DNA of 64,000 bases. Origin: Octopus vulgaris (lineage: Eukaryota). The position numbers and the translations under genes were made by a program. The notes beneath the pieces are model-generated. The model worked only from the letters and a program-made list of their open reading frames with translations, did no database searches and was not told where the DNA came from. How positions within the stretch are numbered: position 1 is the stretch's first letter; each line of letters opens with the position of its first letter. The DNA lies in assembly GCA_951406725.2 (NCBI GenBank), contig OX597816.1, forward strand, positions 152,272,001 to 152,336,000, read 5' to 3'. Of the stretch, positions 14,755 to 29,000 are shown piece after piece.

Positions 14755-17700
14755 AAAAATTATACTTGAAGTCTGGAAAATTATAATCCTAAAACAAGAT
14801 TCTAAATGTGATTATAGTAATAGGTAGCCAGTGAGTAACTGATTAAGATCTTACTGAGTGATGTTAAGACAACTTTGGCCTTTTTAATGATTTTTAGAAA
14901 CCTGATTTATCTGGTGCAGATAATCATCAATCATAATGCCTCAGTCACATTCACCAGCAGACTTCTTAAGATTTGTATTGTGGAGAGTGACAGTAAATTC
15001 TGAGCTTTTTCTCCCAGAACGTACAATGATGCATTTGTCTACAGCTATCTTGAGCTACCAGTCAGCAACTGATTGCTGCATTTTGTCTATTTTGTTTAAC
15101 CCTTTAGTATTCACATAATTCTGTCAAAAGTAATGCTTATTTATTCTCATTGTTTTAAATCAATCTTGCATTATCTTGTAGCTTTCAGATTTTGATGAAG
15201 TAACTGTTAATTTTTAGAATGGTATTGTAGGGTTGGTGTGAGAGGCCAGATCTGACCAGTTTAAGCATAAAGCACATAGCATGTTCTGGCAGGACATGGC
15301 TGGTTTAAATGTTACAGAGTTAAAGTATAATTGTTTCCAGGCTAAAGTTGCCATGACTCTAGTTATAGGAACTTATAGGAAGGTACACTAAAGGCCTGAC
15401 TTCAGTAAAGTTTGAACTTGTAAGCTTAAATAGCAGTCTCCTATCCAAACTACACAAAAATTACATGCAGAAAAGATCATTAGCTCCATCAATAACAATA
15501 TCAAAAAGCAATCCTCTATGCCAGCGATTCTCAACCATTCATTGCCTATAGACCCGTTACAAGCCAAAGGAAGCCTTTAAGTAGCTGCTAGAAGTTACTA
15601 GAAATAGCAGCCAAGTTTCCCTCAAATCACACTCATCCAGTTTAAAAAAAAGGAAGGACTCATTGGATAATGTAGTCATCTGTCTGCAAATAAGTTGATA
15701 TGGTCACAGCTGGAGCAACATTCAATCTTGTTCAGATTAATTTAGAGCAACCTGTAGTTAAACTACTTATTTAAACATCAAATAAATATTTTTTACTTGA
15801 GATCAAATGAAAATGTCTCATTATATTTAATTGGTTGTTAGTTCACCATTAAAGATGATGTCTTTATACAGAGTCTCAGTGATAAGTCAGTCCAGAGTAA
15901 CTGTGGTTGAAAATTGCAGACATGAGAAGTTCAGTGATATGGCCTCCAGCAAGAATTAAATCTGTATTACAGACTTAGCTTGTTAGTAGATTCAATGATA
16001 ATTATTTGTTTTCTGGTTGATGAATTGCATTTAACCCTTTTGATATCGATCTTCCTAAGACTGCCTTTGTTTCTATAATACAAACTTCCTATTTTAACCC
16101 TTTTGTATTCAGATTTTTCTGTCAAATGTAAGACTTATTCATTCATATTGTTTTAAATTAATTATACATTATCTTGTAGCTTTGAAATTTTGATATGATT
16201 GTTTATTTTCAGAATGACATTATCTTGTAGCTTTGAAATTTTGATATGATTTTTGAATGAAATTTTGATGGTAGGTTTTAAATCAGATCACTTTAATCCT
16301 TTAGACTGTTTAAACTGGTCATATCCAGCCCAAATATTCTCCTTGTTTTATGCTCAACCCAGTCAAATCTGGCTTCTCACACCTACCCTACAATGTCATT
16401 CTGAAAATAAACAATCATATCAAAGCTACAAGATAATGTATAATTAATTTAAAACAATATGAACGAATAAGTCTTACATTTGACAGAAAAATCTGAATAC
16501 AAAAGGGTTAAAATAGGAAGTTTGTATTATAGAAACAAAGGCAGTCTTAGGAAGATCGATATCAAAAGGGTTAAATGCAATTCATCAACCAGAAAACAAA
16601 TAATTATCATTGAATCTACTAACAAGCTAAGTCTGTAATACAGATTTAATTCTTGCTGGAGGCCATATCACTGAACTTCTCATGTCTGCAATTTTCAACC
16701 ACAGTTACTCTGGACTGACTTATCACTGAGACTCTGCATAAAGACATCATCTTTAATGGTGAACTAACAACCAATTAAATATAATGAGACATTTTCATTT
16801 GATCTCAAGTAAAAAATATTTATTTGATGTTTAAATAAGTAGTTTAACTACAGGTTGCTCTAAATTAATCTGAACAAGATTGAATGTTGCTCCAGCTGTG
16901 ACCATATCAACTTATTTCCTGTTCCAAAAGGCCAACTTAATAATGACAAAGGTATTCTACTAAATTATTCATTATTTTCCAAATTTATTGAAAGAAGGGC
17001 AGTTTTTTCAAAAAGAATATGGTTAACAAATAAGGTAATGATATCTGTAAATAATTGACATATTGTATTAATTTCAGAGGAGTGACATTTAAGTGCAATG
17101 ATGTTCATGCCTTTCCCAAAGACATAATAATATAAATGAATTAAAGTTGTAACAATTGAAAACTAAAAGTAGATCAGTTACGAAAATCACAAGAACCTTC
17201 GATTCTATGATGGTTAGCTAATAGAAGATACTTACGAGTAAACTTGATGCTTCAGGATTACGCCACAAATTCTTCAAAGCCCGTATACTAACAATTTCCA
17301 ACTGAAACAAACCCCCAGAGAGAAAGAAAAATAAATTTACATATAACCCTGTTGCTACCAAAGTACATTGAAATAAGCAGAATTATGTAATTTACCCAAG
17401 GCACAATACTACGGCTTAATTTAAATGTATGGTAATATGGTTAATGTTCTAGCAGCTAAACTACACATGGTGTTGGTTTTATCTCCCCAAACAGTAAGTG
17501 CGTCATCTGTGGTTAAAGTGAACAAATTTGACAACTACTTGGTGATGCGGCTGTTCTCTTTCAACAATTGCATCGATTGGACAACTTTCTGTGGATATCT
17601 CTACAGTAGTTAGAACTGGTAGTAAACATACTTACAGTGAAATAATTATTGATTTAATATTTGATAATTGTGCTAATGTTGTCACTTCCACTGACTCAAT

Positions 17701-20516
17701 TGGGTTGCCTGTGTACCACTAATGTAAAGCAAGCAAGTTTGAGACAGGTCAATTCATTGCTATTAGAATATGATTGATAGTATGATACTAGCACTATAGC
17801 CCGGCATTGCAAGGGATTAAATTAGGATTATTAAGTGATCAAGTGCTTTATTTCAAACCAAAATAAGTGACACCAACATCAAATCTGAGCAAAATCTGTT
17901 GAAATTGGTAAATGTTTGGCTGAAAATGAGTTGCAGGCAATTTGATTGGGAAATACCATAAGGAATCAGTTTATGGATTATTTTCACTCATTGATTGCTT
18001 TTTTTTTTTTTTGAGAACTTAAAGTATTCAAAGATCCCATGAGTCCTAAGTAATGCTGGCATCAAGTTTGAGCAAAATATGTCAAAATTGGTAAAAGTTA
18101 TGGTTGAAAATGGAGTGTAGCCAATTTTAATGGGAAATCCTATAAGGAATTGGTTTATCACTTTTTTTATCCTGATTGAATGGAAAACCCCAAATGAATG
18201 CCTGACACTAATAGTGTTTGGCCTTGGGATTTGTTGATGGACATGGCGAAGCATGGTCTGACCGGGAACTGCAATCTGCGGAAGTTAAACGGCATGTCTG
18301 ACCCCAAGGAATAAAGCTGCATCCTTGAAATGAAAACATTTTCACCCCTCCTGCACCCCGTAACAATGGTGGCCTCAGTCAAGTGGGGCATCAGGGACTT
18401 GATTACTAAGTGGGTCCCGTTGCACTGTTTAGGCGGAAGCAAGTTTCTGATTAGCATAATTGGGCATCCAACCCTTAACCTAAGAATGTGAGGTGGAAGC
18501 CCTGCTGGCTCCAATGAGTTGAGAAACTCGATAGGGTAACTGACAATGTCTTGGGGGTCAGAGGTGCAGTCAATTGATTTGTAGATGTGCTCCTCACCCG
18601 GAATTCAGCTTATGATCTGGTCGCTGATAGCACTGATAGCTACATTTTCGGCGGGGTGGGGGGAGGCAGGATGGTTCTTTCACTCACTGAGCAAATTGAT
18701 GTCTGCATAATTACTTTCCAGATTGGGGAACACTGTTTTCAAAAGATCGGAAGGGTTGTCCACGGTGTTGCACAGTTCAGAAATGGATCTACCACCCCTA
18801 TCATCCCTCAGGACCTTGCCTTCTCCTAGGGTTAAAATGTCTTCAGCAAATACTGCAGACATGCTATCACCAAGCAAGTGCACACGCATGCTTGTGCTTA
18901 GGCTTAAGGTCTCAACCTGGTGCTACAACATGGATGACTTAAGGTATGCACGCACTTCATCAGCCCAGCTCCCTTTAGGGATGACAGGAAGGGTTTGCTG
19001 GAAATCTCCTGAAAGCAATAGAGTTACACTACCCATAGAAACTGTAGAATCCCTGATACCTTTCAGTGACCGGTCCAGTGCCTCAAGGGTACTCTTATTG
19101 GTCATTGTGCATATTCGTCCCATACAATGAGACAGCACTGTCTAAGAACTTCAGCTTCTTCTGAATTTTTGCTAATTTGCAAGTAGGGACCTCAGCCCTC
19201 ACCAAATGTAAAAGCAGCTTGAATGCCGAGTGTGCCATCCTACCTCCCAGCAATAACGTAGCAGTGATTCCCGAGGAAGCAACGGCTAGTGCAATTTGTT
19301 TCTTGCGACGAATCCTAGCAAGTATTGTGTTACAAAGGATTTGCTGGTACCTCTAGCAGCATCGAGGACAAAAATGCCACCCGCCTGTTTTTCAACGGCA
19401 CTGATGATGACAGTTTCGTACACCAGCCTCTGATGAGGGAGCAATTTCGGTTCATTTACTCTCAAGTACTCCACAAGGCCATCAGTGTCATACAACAGCT
19501 CCAAAAGTAACTTTGGTGGGAGTGTGTTAACATCCTGTCACAATGAGGATGGCAAACCGATGTGTTCAACGCTTCCCCACCCATTTTGAGCAAGGCATCC
19601 TCGATTTCAATCAGCACATTATTGTAGATCAGATCATTGTATCCAATGTCAGCACTGTTGCTTTTCCAGTCATCATTTGCCTTGACCACCGAAAAAGCAA
19701 AATTACGTACAGAGAATTTCATAAACAGAAATGAATGGAAAAATGGTTTTAGATTAAATTTTTAGATTAACACTTGCACGATTTTCACTAAGAGAAAAAA
19801 ATCGGATTTTTTGCGTGGAGTCAACTGCCCTGGCCTCCTAATATGCTACAAAACCCTTTTTGTGGTTCGAAAATCTTCACCCACCCTCCATACACACACA
19901 CTCATAAATCTTTTCCCCATCTATTTTTCAATGTACATGAAAAAATATGGAGATTAAGAATATGGAAAAAATTTGGTTTTCAATCTCAAATTTACCATGA
20001 AAAACCCCAGGCAAATTTTTAGATAACACTCGCATGATTTTCACTAATAAACAAAAAATCAGATTTTTTATGTGGTATCAACTACCCTGACCTCCTAATA
20101 TGTTACAAAACCCTTTTTGTGGTCTGAGAAATGGGGTGGGGTGTGGTGGAGCCTCAGAAATTTTATCCATTTATATTGTGTAATTCACTGACAAATTGTT
20201 ACCTACCTCTTTGTTTCTATGTTGTTAAATAAATGGATTCTCAACAAAACACTTTTTTACTCGGCATAAAATAAAAATAAAACTCTTTCGCACCCAAAGT
20301 ATTGTGTGTGTGTGAGAGAGGGGGGAGAAAGATGAACGATTTAAAATAAATAAATGATTTAAAATAAATATATTTTAATTGTTGTGTGAGAAAGTATACA
20401 TAATCTGATTATAAAATATAGTGTCTTTCAAAAACATCCTAAATTTGAAGACTATATCTTGTGTTTAAGAAAAAGAAAACATTTTAAATTTTTATTTTTG
20501 GTGAATGCTGTCACTT

Positions 20517-20551
<35 letters not shown>

Positions 20552-23500
20552 TACGTCAACACACAACTTCTCTCTCTCCCTCATACACACACACATTTTC
20601 ACTTGACTATGGCAAGAAGGGGACTTAACTCATGTTAGCAAACTTCTAAATTGGTAAAAGTTAAGGTTGAAAATCGATTTTTACCACTACCCGCGAGTGC
20701 CTCAGAGAAAATAATTTGACGAAAATACAGCTAGGGTCATGACAAATGTCCTCCTAAAATTTGAGTAACATGCGTGCTAATTTGTGGACATGCATAAACT
20801 ACATTCACGTACACACACACATCTTGCTTTTTATATATACAGATATAACAATTTAGCTATCATTCAACTAACACTCTTTGGGATTATGGATCCAGAAATT
20901 GTCTTGAAACATCATTGGTTGTGAAGGACCACAATATAGTTGCTGTTCACAGATAACAACTTGAAAGATGTAGGAAGAAATAATATAAAATAAATTTGAA
21001 TTACCTGTCTAAAAAATGACGCTCTGTAGGGCTCTCGTACATGTCTTTTAAGACTAGAAGTTTTACAGTATTCTTCAAATTCCTCCTCTATGATAGCAGT
21101 AGTTTCAGTCAAACTGAAACAAAAAATATAAATGAACAGAGTAAAACACACCAACTCCTCCTTCTAGTCAGAAGCTTCCATTAGAATATCTCAAAATTTT
21201 TGTCAGTTTGTTGTGTCTATGACCTTCCATAACCTCCTTTTCCAGAATGGTTTATTTCTCCGAGTCCTTCTAGCTCTAATTCTGAAGTCACTAACTAGTA
21301 ACCTATGTTGGATTGTACATTCTTCACCTGGGAAACACTATGCATTTGCAAGCATAGGTCTATCTCGTTGCCTAGTGAGAATGTAATCAATCTGGCTTAT
21401 GTGGTCACCAGACTGATAGGTGAACAGGTGGCTGGCTGGCTGGTTTCCTGAAGTTAGTGTTGAATATCATCACTCATTTGCATCGCAGAGTATCAACAGA
21501 TTTGTTCCCTCCTCATTCCTAGAGTCAAAGCCATGACTTCCATACACACCAAGGAATCCATGGGAGTGCTACCCAACATATCTGTTGAAGTCACCAGCCA
21601 CAATAACCAAGTCTTTGTCATTTCTCATTGAGGTAGTCTGCAAAAAGACCACAAAAATTGGTCCTTCTGATCATCAACCATCCCAGACAGTGGAACATAG
21701 GCAGAGATAAATGTAATTGTTAACTTATCCAAGATTAGTCTCCACATAGCAACATTATTACATACTTTGACTATCTTAATTACCTTATCTACCGATTTTT
21801 CTGCCAAAAGTATTCCTACACCATCCAAGCTATTACTCCTGCCTATCCAGAAGAATTTGAACCTCTGTTTCTTACCCATGAGGAATTTAGGGGCGGCTCC
21901 CTTCCATCTTCTTACACATCACACATGTCTACATGCTGTCATTCCAGCATTTCAATAATCTGACCAGTCTTTCCTTTCATTGTGCCAAAATTGATGGTAG
22001 CAGCCCTGAAATTGTGGACTTGGGAGGAAGAGTGGGAAGACAATTGTCGTGGAACTTTTGCCAACACCTGAAAAGATGATTTGCGCAAACACTTGCCAGC
22101 TGGCAGAGAGAGACTTTTTGTACATAGTTAATTTACTCAATGAAATACAATTTCCTCAATCCCGTTCATAATTTAAAACAGTGTTTTTCAACCAGGGTCC
22201 ATATAAGATTTTGGATGTCCACACAACAAAATAGTAAACTGGGAATCCAGAATAGTATTTTAAGGTCTCTGGCAAAACATTTGCTTTAGATGTGTGTATT
22301 AGTGTGTATTGCAAGAAACAGCTAAGTTTATAACGTTTTTACATAGTTCAACCCACACAATGTGTGATAAACAAAATAGGAATTTTGAATGAAGTTTATA
22401 TAAAAGTAGATTTCAAAGATAGAATGGCTATGGGAGTCCACCAGAATAAAATAATAATCAAAGGCATCCATAGATAGAAAATGGTTGAGAATCCCTAATC
22501 TAGAGTGTGCACCAAGAAGGAGAGAGAGGAAGAAGGTCAAGGGCTAGGGCTTCAGATAGACCAGGAGAGATAAGATGGTTACATAGCAAAGTTTAAATAC
22601 TTATATATGTAATCCGTGCATAGTACATCCCAAACATATATATATATACACAGGCATATGCTTAGATGTATACAGCTCTCATAGAGATGCATGCATACAA
22701 GTATATGGTAGCAGGAGGAAAGTTACCAAAATATTATATTCATACACACAGGACAGGTGGAGTGCATAATGAGTTGCCAGGAAACAGTTCATGCATGTTT
22801 AAATGAAAATGGGTGTGGGGGGGGGAAGAAAGGGTCAGGAGAAGTGGGTTACAAAGATGGGGACTGCCTTTAGAATCTATGAGAATCTACTGTAGTACCC
22901 TCATTATTATACAGACTTAATGAAAGAATTTGTAATACATAATTATTATCAATACTATTAGAAGCATATACCAACAAATTTAGTAATTACCATCATCATC
23001 ATCATTTAACATCCGTTTTCCATGTTGGCATAGGTTAGACAGTTTGATCAAAGTTGGTAAACCAGAAGGCTGCACCAGGCTCCAGTCATCTGTTTTGGCT
23101 TGGTTTCTACAACTGGATGCCCTTCCTAATGCCAATTACTCTACAGAGTGTACCGGATGTCTTTTACAGGTCATCAGCACAAGTGCCTTTTTACATGTCA
23201 CTGGCACTGATGAAACACTGTCAGTCAGCATATTTATCATACAAACATTTATGCAATAGAAAAAGGGTCTTTAACTGCACATGGCCTTAACATGATGTGA
23301 CAGGGAATGTAAAAAGCACTGACAGAGCTAAATTTTACAATAAAAACAAGAACTTAGCTATAGTTTCAGAGAGCACACTTCTGATCAAAATTAGTAATAT
23401 TAGGGAAAATTTATTGTCTTGTATACAAATGGAGGCTGCATTTAGAATCTACAAAAATCTATTCATATTCATAAAACATAAACTGAGCATATTTCTTTTA

Positions 23501-24028
23501 TGCATAATGATGAATACTATCAAGCAGTTTAAAATCACTACTTCAATTTTGATGCCCAAGTAGAAGTGTTTAACAAAATATTATATTGCTTTTGAGAAAG
23601 GCAGGTGTGTCCAAACTTCTTTCATCATAAAAAAATACCATAGAAATTAACAGCTTAGAAAACATTAACTAATGTATTTCTAACTTCTGACTAAAAATTA
23701 AATTTATTAAGAGGAAGATGCACACAGTTTCTCTCTCTCTCTCTCTCTCTCTCCCTCTCTCTCTTTCTTTCTTTTTCTCTCTCTCTCTTTCATGCACACA
23801 CACATATATTTACCGTTTGTAGTAAATAGATTTTCTGAAATAATCTTGAAACTTCTTAGTTTTGGAAATCTCTGGAAATGGAAATACAAACATATTGTGA
23901 TTGATTAGCCTAAATTAAAGAAATGGATTTGCAAAACCAACATATGCTTGCACCACACATATACATACAGTAAAGACATTTTTATATAGTGTTTTATCTG
24001 GGAGTTACTATACACACATGCACGCACG

Positions 24029-24120
<92 letters not shown>

Positions 24121-26049
24121 AACAAACAAACAAACAAACAAGTGTACGAGTTGAGAGGTTGAATGGGTATCAGAAATAAGTGTAGGTAATTTTAGTGAAT
24201 TTGAAAAGCCAAACCTTGATCTGCCACTGTTAGATTGGGTTCATGATCTGAAGTTTCTTCATTGATGACATCTAGAAAGAAATCAGTTGGATTGTTGTGT
24301 TCTTCACAAATGTAACCTTCAAAATAAAACACCCATTATAGGTATGTTGCCTAAGAATGAAGCTGAGCTGAATTTTAAAGGCTTAATCTACATAGGTATT
24401 GTCTGAATATTGCATATATTCAACCAAAGTTAAATGCTGGTTGTAGCAAACAGAAGCTAAATACTAAGAATAGTTAGTAGAAATTGAATGTTCAGTGAGC
24501 CTGCCTAAAGTTAAATGTTGAATGCAGCTAGTCAAATTTGAATGTTGAATATAGCTCATGCAAGGAGTACACTGACTGCTCAGTGTGAGAGGAGGGGGGG
24601 GCAACACGAGGCTAAGGGAGTCATATATGAGGCTGTGGTGGTATCCAGCCCAAACAATCAGAGCAATAGCAGCAGTGGCTCATTCAACAACATCAACGAC
24701 AACAACGGCAATGGTGGAGGCAGCAGTGACAGCAATGCATTAAGTGGCAGAAACACCAGCACCAACAGCTACATCTGAAGCAGCTCATCCAACAACATTG
24801 ACAATAACAATGACAACAACGGAGGCAGCAACACCAGCAACGCATTAAGTGGCAGAAATACCAGCACAGACAACAACGACCACAACACCAGCATCAGCGC
24901 TACAGCCAGAGATGATGACCACACCAGCACAAGCAACACCAGCAGAACTACCAGTCCCACACCCAGAATTAACAGCGATGGCAACCACAACACCATCAGC
25001 AACATCAAGTGGAGGCGCAATGGCCCAGTGGTTAGGGCAGCAGACTCGCAGTCGGAGGATCGTGGTTTCGATTCCCGGACTGGGCGTTGTGTGTGTTTAT
25101 TGAGCGAAAACACCTAAAGCTCCACGAGGCTCCGGCAGGGGGGGTGGGGGGTGACCCATTGTACTTTTTCACTACAACTTTCTCTTACTCTTTCTTCCTG
25201 TTTCTTGTCCCCGACTTCCTACGCAACTGCTGAGCCTGGATGCGCATTCATCCATCCGTCGATGCTCTCGGTGTTGGGTGTTGACCTGCTTTCTCTTCTG
25301 CAGGTCTTATGAATAGCAAAGGACCACGCCTCGGACTTCTCCCAGGTGCTAAACAAACAAACAAACAAAAATCAGCAACATCACCATTATGGCCAGTGAT
25401 GGCTACTGCAACGACAACTACAGCTATAGCCGTGTTGCTGGACCCACGCTCTGTAATAACAGCATTGGTGACAGATCCAACAACAGCAACTGCAACAACT
25501 TCAGGCCCAGAATCAATGGAAGATACACCAGAGGTGCAGAGACAAGTTCAGAGATACATCACATCAGCTGCATTTAAGATGGTCCTCTTTTAGGGTCCTA
25601 GAAAGATGTTAGGTCACGTCCTTGGCCAGTCAAGCGTGTGTTGCCTTAAGGATGAAGGGACTCCATATGGAATTAAATGGAGGATCATAGAACAGCCAGG
25701 GTCTTATGTAAACAGCATACAATGCAAGCTTTGCATAGCAGAGCAGGCAAGGATCCTTAAAGACTTACTGGACCTAGAATGACTCAAACTCAAGACATGA
25801 GATCTATAACCCCTGCCCCTATAATTTGCTAGGCAAATTCTCCTAGCAAATTATCTTATTTGCTAAAGAAATTTGAAACATAGGTATAACCACAAAAAAT
25901 AACAAGGTAAAAGTTTTAATTTTTCATTTCTTTCGAAAATTGCTATTAAATGTGGTTTTGGTCATTTTGACTATTTCTTCTAGCATGCAAAAATTACCTG
26001 TTGAAGGGTAGTTTTCTATTGTGTTTAAATGTACACTATTTTATATTGA

Positions 26050-26097
<48 letters not shown>

Positions 26098-29000
26098 GAG
26101 GCACATGGCTTAGTGGTTAGGGTGTCAGCACCATGGTCGTAAGATTGTGGTTTCGATTCCTGGACCGGACAACGCGTTGTGTTCTTGAGCAAAACACTTC
26201 ATTTCACGTTGCTCCAGTCCACTCAGCTGGCAAAAATGAGTAAGACTGCGATGGACTGGCAGCCTGTCCAGCTGGGGGGAACACATATGCCACAGAAACC
26301 AGGCCCATGAGCCTGGCTAGGCTTGAAAAGGGTGACGTTTATCGTTTTATATATATATATATATATATATATGCTGTTTGTTCCTTCTCGAGCCATGACT
26401 GGCTCATAAGGGCCGGTTTCCCGGTTTCTTGGCGTATAGGTTCCCCTCTCACTCTCCCCCATCCTCCCTCTCTTCTCTCCTTCTCTTTCTCCTCATATAC
26501 CCACCTTCCCCTCCCCCCATAAACCCACGCACCCCTACCTCACCTTCCCTATCCTTCCCACACCCTTCCCCCACATACCTCACCCATGTCCCATACCCTC
26601 CCCCACATACCTCACCTCTAACCCCACCCTCTACCCCAACCCTCAGCCGAACCCATACCCCGCCTGTGCTTTCCCCACTCTCACCTCCCCCACCTCCCCA
26701 CAGCATCACACCACACTACACTACACCATACAACATTACACATCACATCACAACACACTATCCACAGCACACCGCCCACACACCCATCCCCACATCACAT
26801 CACAACACACCACCCACACACCCATCCCCACATCTCCACACCCACACATACATGTACTCCACCTGCCTTCGTCTTTTGTTTATTTTTTTAAACTTTCCCG
26901 TTATACACGTATATATATTGTCAGTGGATCATATATCCAAAAGGAAGTACACTCTAAAAGATAGAGCAGTAATGTATTTACATGAAGTTAAATATATATC
27001 ATAATATATATCATAATGCTTTTGAAGTAGGGTGCTCGTTGTTATGGGTGATTACATAATCATCATATTTATATCCATTTTTCTATGGGTTATTGGACAA
27101 GTCCTCTTCAACACAATATCATGACCAAATGGAATTTGGTTCCTATATAATAGCTGGCTTAATAAGAACCAATTAAATATGTTAATCAGTTTACTTAGAT
27201 TCTATCAAATAGGAATAATAACAAAGGTCAAATTACCTATGCTTTCAAAATAGCTTAGTGCCTCATTTCTTGGTCCTTGAAAGGCAAGAACTCCATTGTA
27301 TAATAATGTGATATTATCAAATAAATTATAGATTGAATAACGTGGTTGATGGATGGAAAAAATTATATTCTTTCCTTTCTCGGATAACCTGTGTAAATAA
27401 GAAACAAACTTTAAAATTATAGATACATACAGTAAAAGAAACATTTCTTGAAATATGAGACATCAAATTTATAGGAATAATAAATAAGATTTTGTAAATT
27501 ACGTCTTTCTCATTGCCATTTCAATAGAAATTAAGCCCCATACAAAAGTACATATAATCAAGGATCACCAGGAAACCAAGTAATTCCGAAGAGTAGTAAC
27601 TGGAATCTCTGCAGGGTGTGTGGTGTTGGGAAGGGCATCTAGCCATAAAAACCCTGCCAAAGCAAACACAGTAGCCTGGAGTAGTTTTCTTCCTGGCCTG
27701 CTCCTGTCAACCATCCTATCCATGTATGCATAGAAGACAGACATTAAATGATGATGATGATGATGAATACACGGGATTGGGTTTTTATTGTTACACCTAC
27801 AACAGGACTTAAATTAGCCACTTATGAACTAACTAAACACTAACTAAAATAGTGCTTCCACTGTTTCAGGTAGTAAGCTAGATGTAGTGAGGTAGCAAGA
27901 CTTAAGTATATTCAACAGTGCCAGTGGCAGCAAACAAACTAGTGATCTTGCAAGTAGTCAGATAGCGAAACAATTCATATATAGCTTTCACAGATATTAC
28001 ATATTAGAATTTATTGAAATCAAATTTTGACTTGAAGAAATTTTTTTAACTTACTTCATGAACTTTGTGGCTGATGACTTCAATGGTCACGTTGGACGAC
28101 ATGCTGGGGGCTTCCATGGTGTAAATGGAGGCTATGGCTATAGTTCCCGCAACAAGGAGGGAACCAGGCTGCTGGAGTTCTGCGATGCAAATAATCTTAT
28201 GGTTTGCAACACTAACTTCAGGAAACCTACCAGCCACCTAGTCACCTACCGATCGGGTCAACATACCAGCCAAATTGACTACATCCTTGCCAGGCAAAGG
28301 GAGAGATGGCTGCTTATAAATGCCAAAACCTTCCAAGGCGAAGAATGTACCCCGCAACATAGACTGGTAGTTAGTGACTTTAGGATCAGGACTAAGAGGA
28401 CAACCAGAAGACGACCAATATGGAGAAGAAGGATCTGGAAGCTTAAAGATCCTGCGAATGGACAGAGATTTAGGGACATGTTACTTGAAGCCTTTGACGG
28501 AGTAGAAGGGGATAGAGTATCTCATGGGGTAGAAGGCAACTGGACGTTTCTAAGGGACAACCTGCTGAGAGCCACTGACCTAATCTGTGGCTGGTGCAAA
28601 GACCCCTCTCGTCCCAAGGTAACGTGGTGGTGGAACAATGTTGTAGACAGGGCTATTAGAGAAAAGAGACAGGCTTGGAAGGACTGGAAGTATGGTGGTA
28701 GCAGGGAATTGTATCAGACTGCCAAAAGGGAAGCTAGGAGACAGGTCTATCTAGCCAGAGGGGAAGCAGATAAGAAAAAATTTGCCAATGTTCTGCGCCA
28801 TGAGGGCCAAAGACTGGAGGTGTTTCGTGTTGCAAGACAGTGTGTGAGAGAGAATTGTGATGTGGTAGGAGAGAAGTGTGTTCACATGGAAGATGATTCA
28901 CTTGCACTAAATGAGGATGCAAAGAGAGAGGTCTGGAGATGCCACTATGAAAGGTTGCTGAATAAAGAAAATGAATGGGATAAAAAGAGTCTGCCAAATG

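Noticed and set aside
18167-19722. Host PIF1 helicase gene
   Set aside because: Frameshifted, intronless and bounded by Helitron termini
25008-25090. tRNA gene (also 26097-26170)
   Set aside because: The A/B boxes continue into a SINE body (with tail and TSD in the 25008 copy) and I found no convincing cloverleaf
24769-25113. Leu/Val-rich transmembrane-looking ORF on the minus strand
   Set aside because: Antisense reading of CAA/CAG triplets plus a SINE head
26429-27004. 191-aa Pro/His/Thr-rich ORF
   Set aside because: Translation of C/A-rich low-complexity DNA with no domain or splice support
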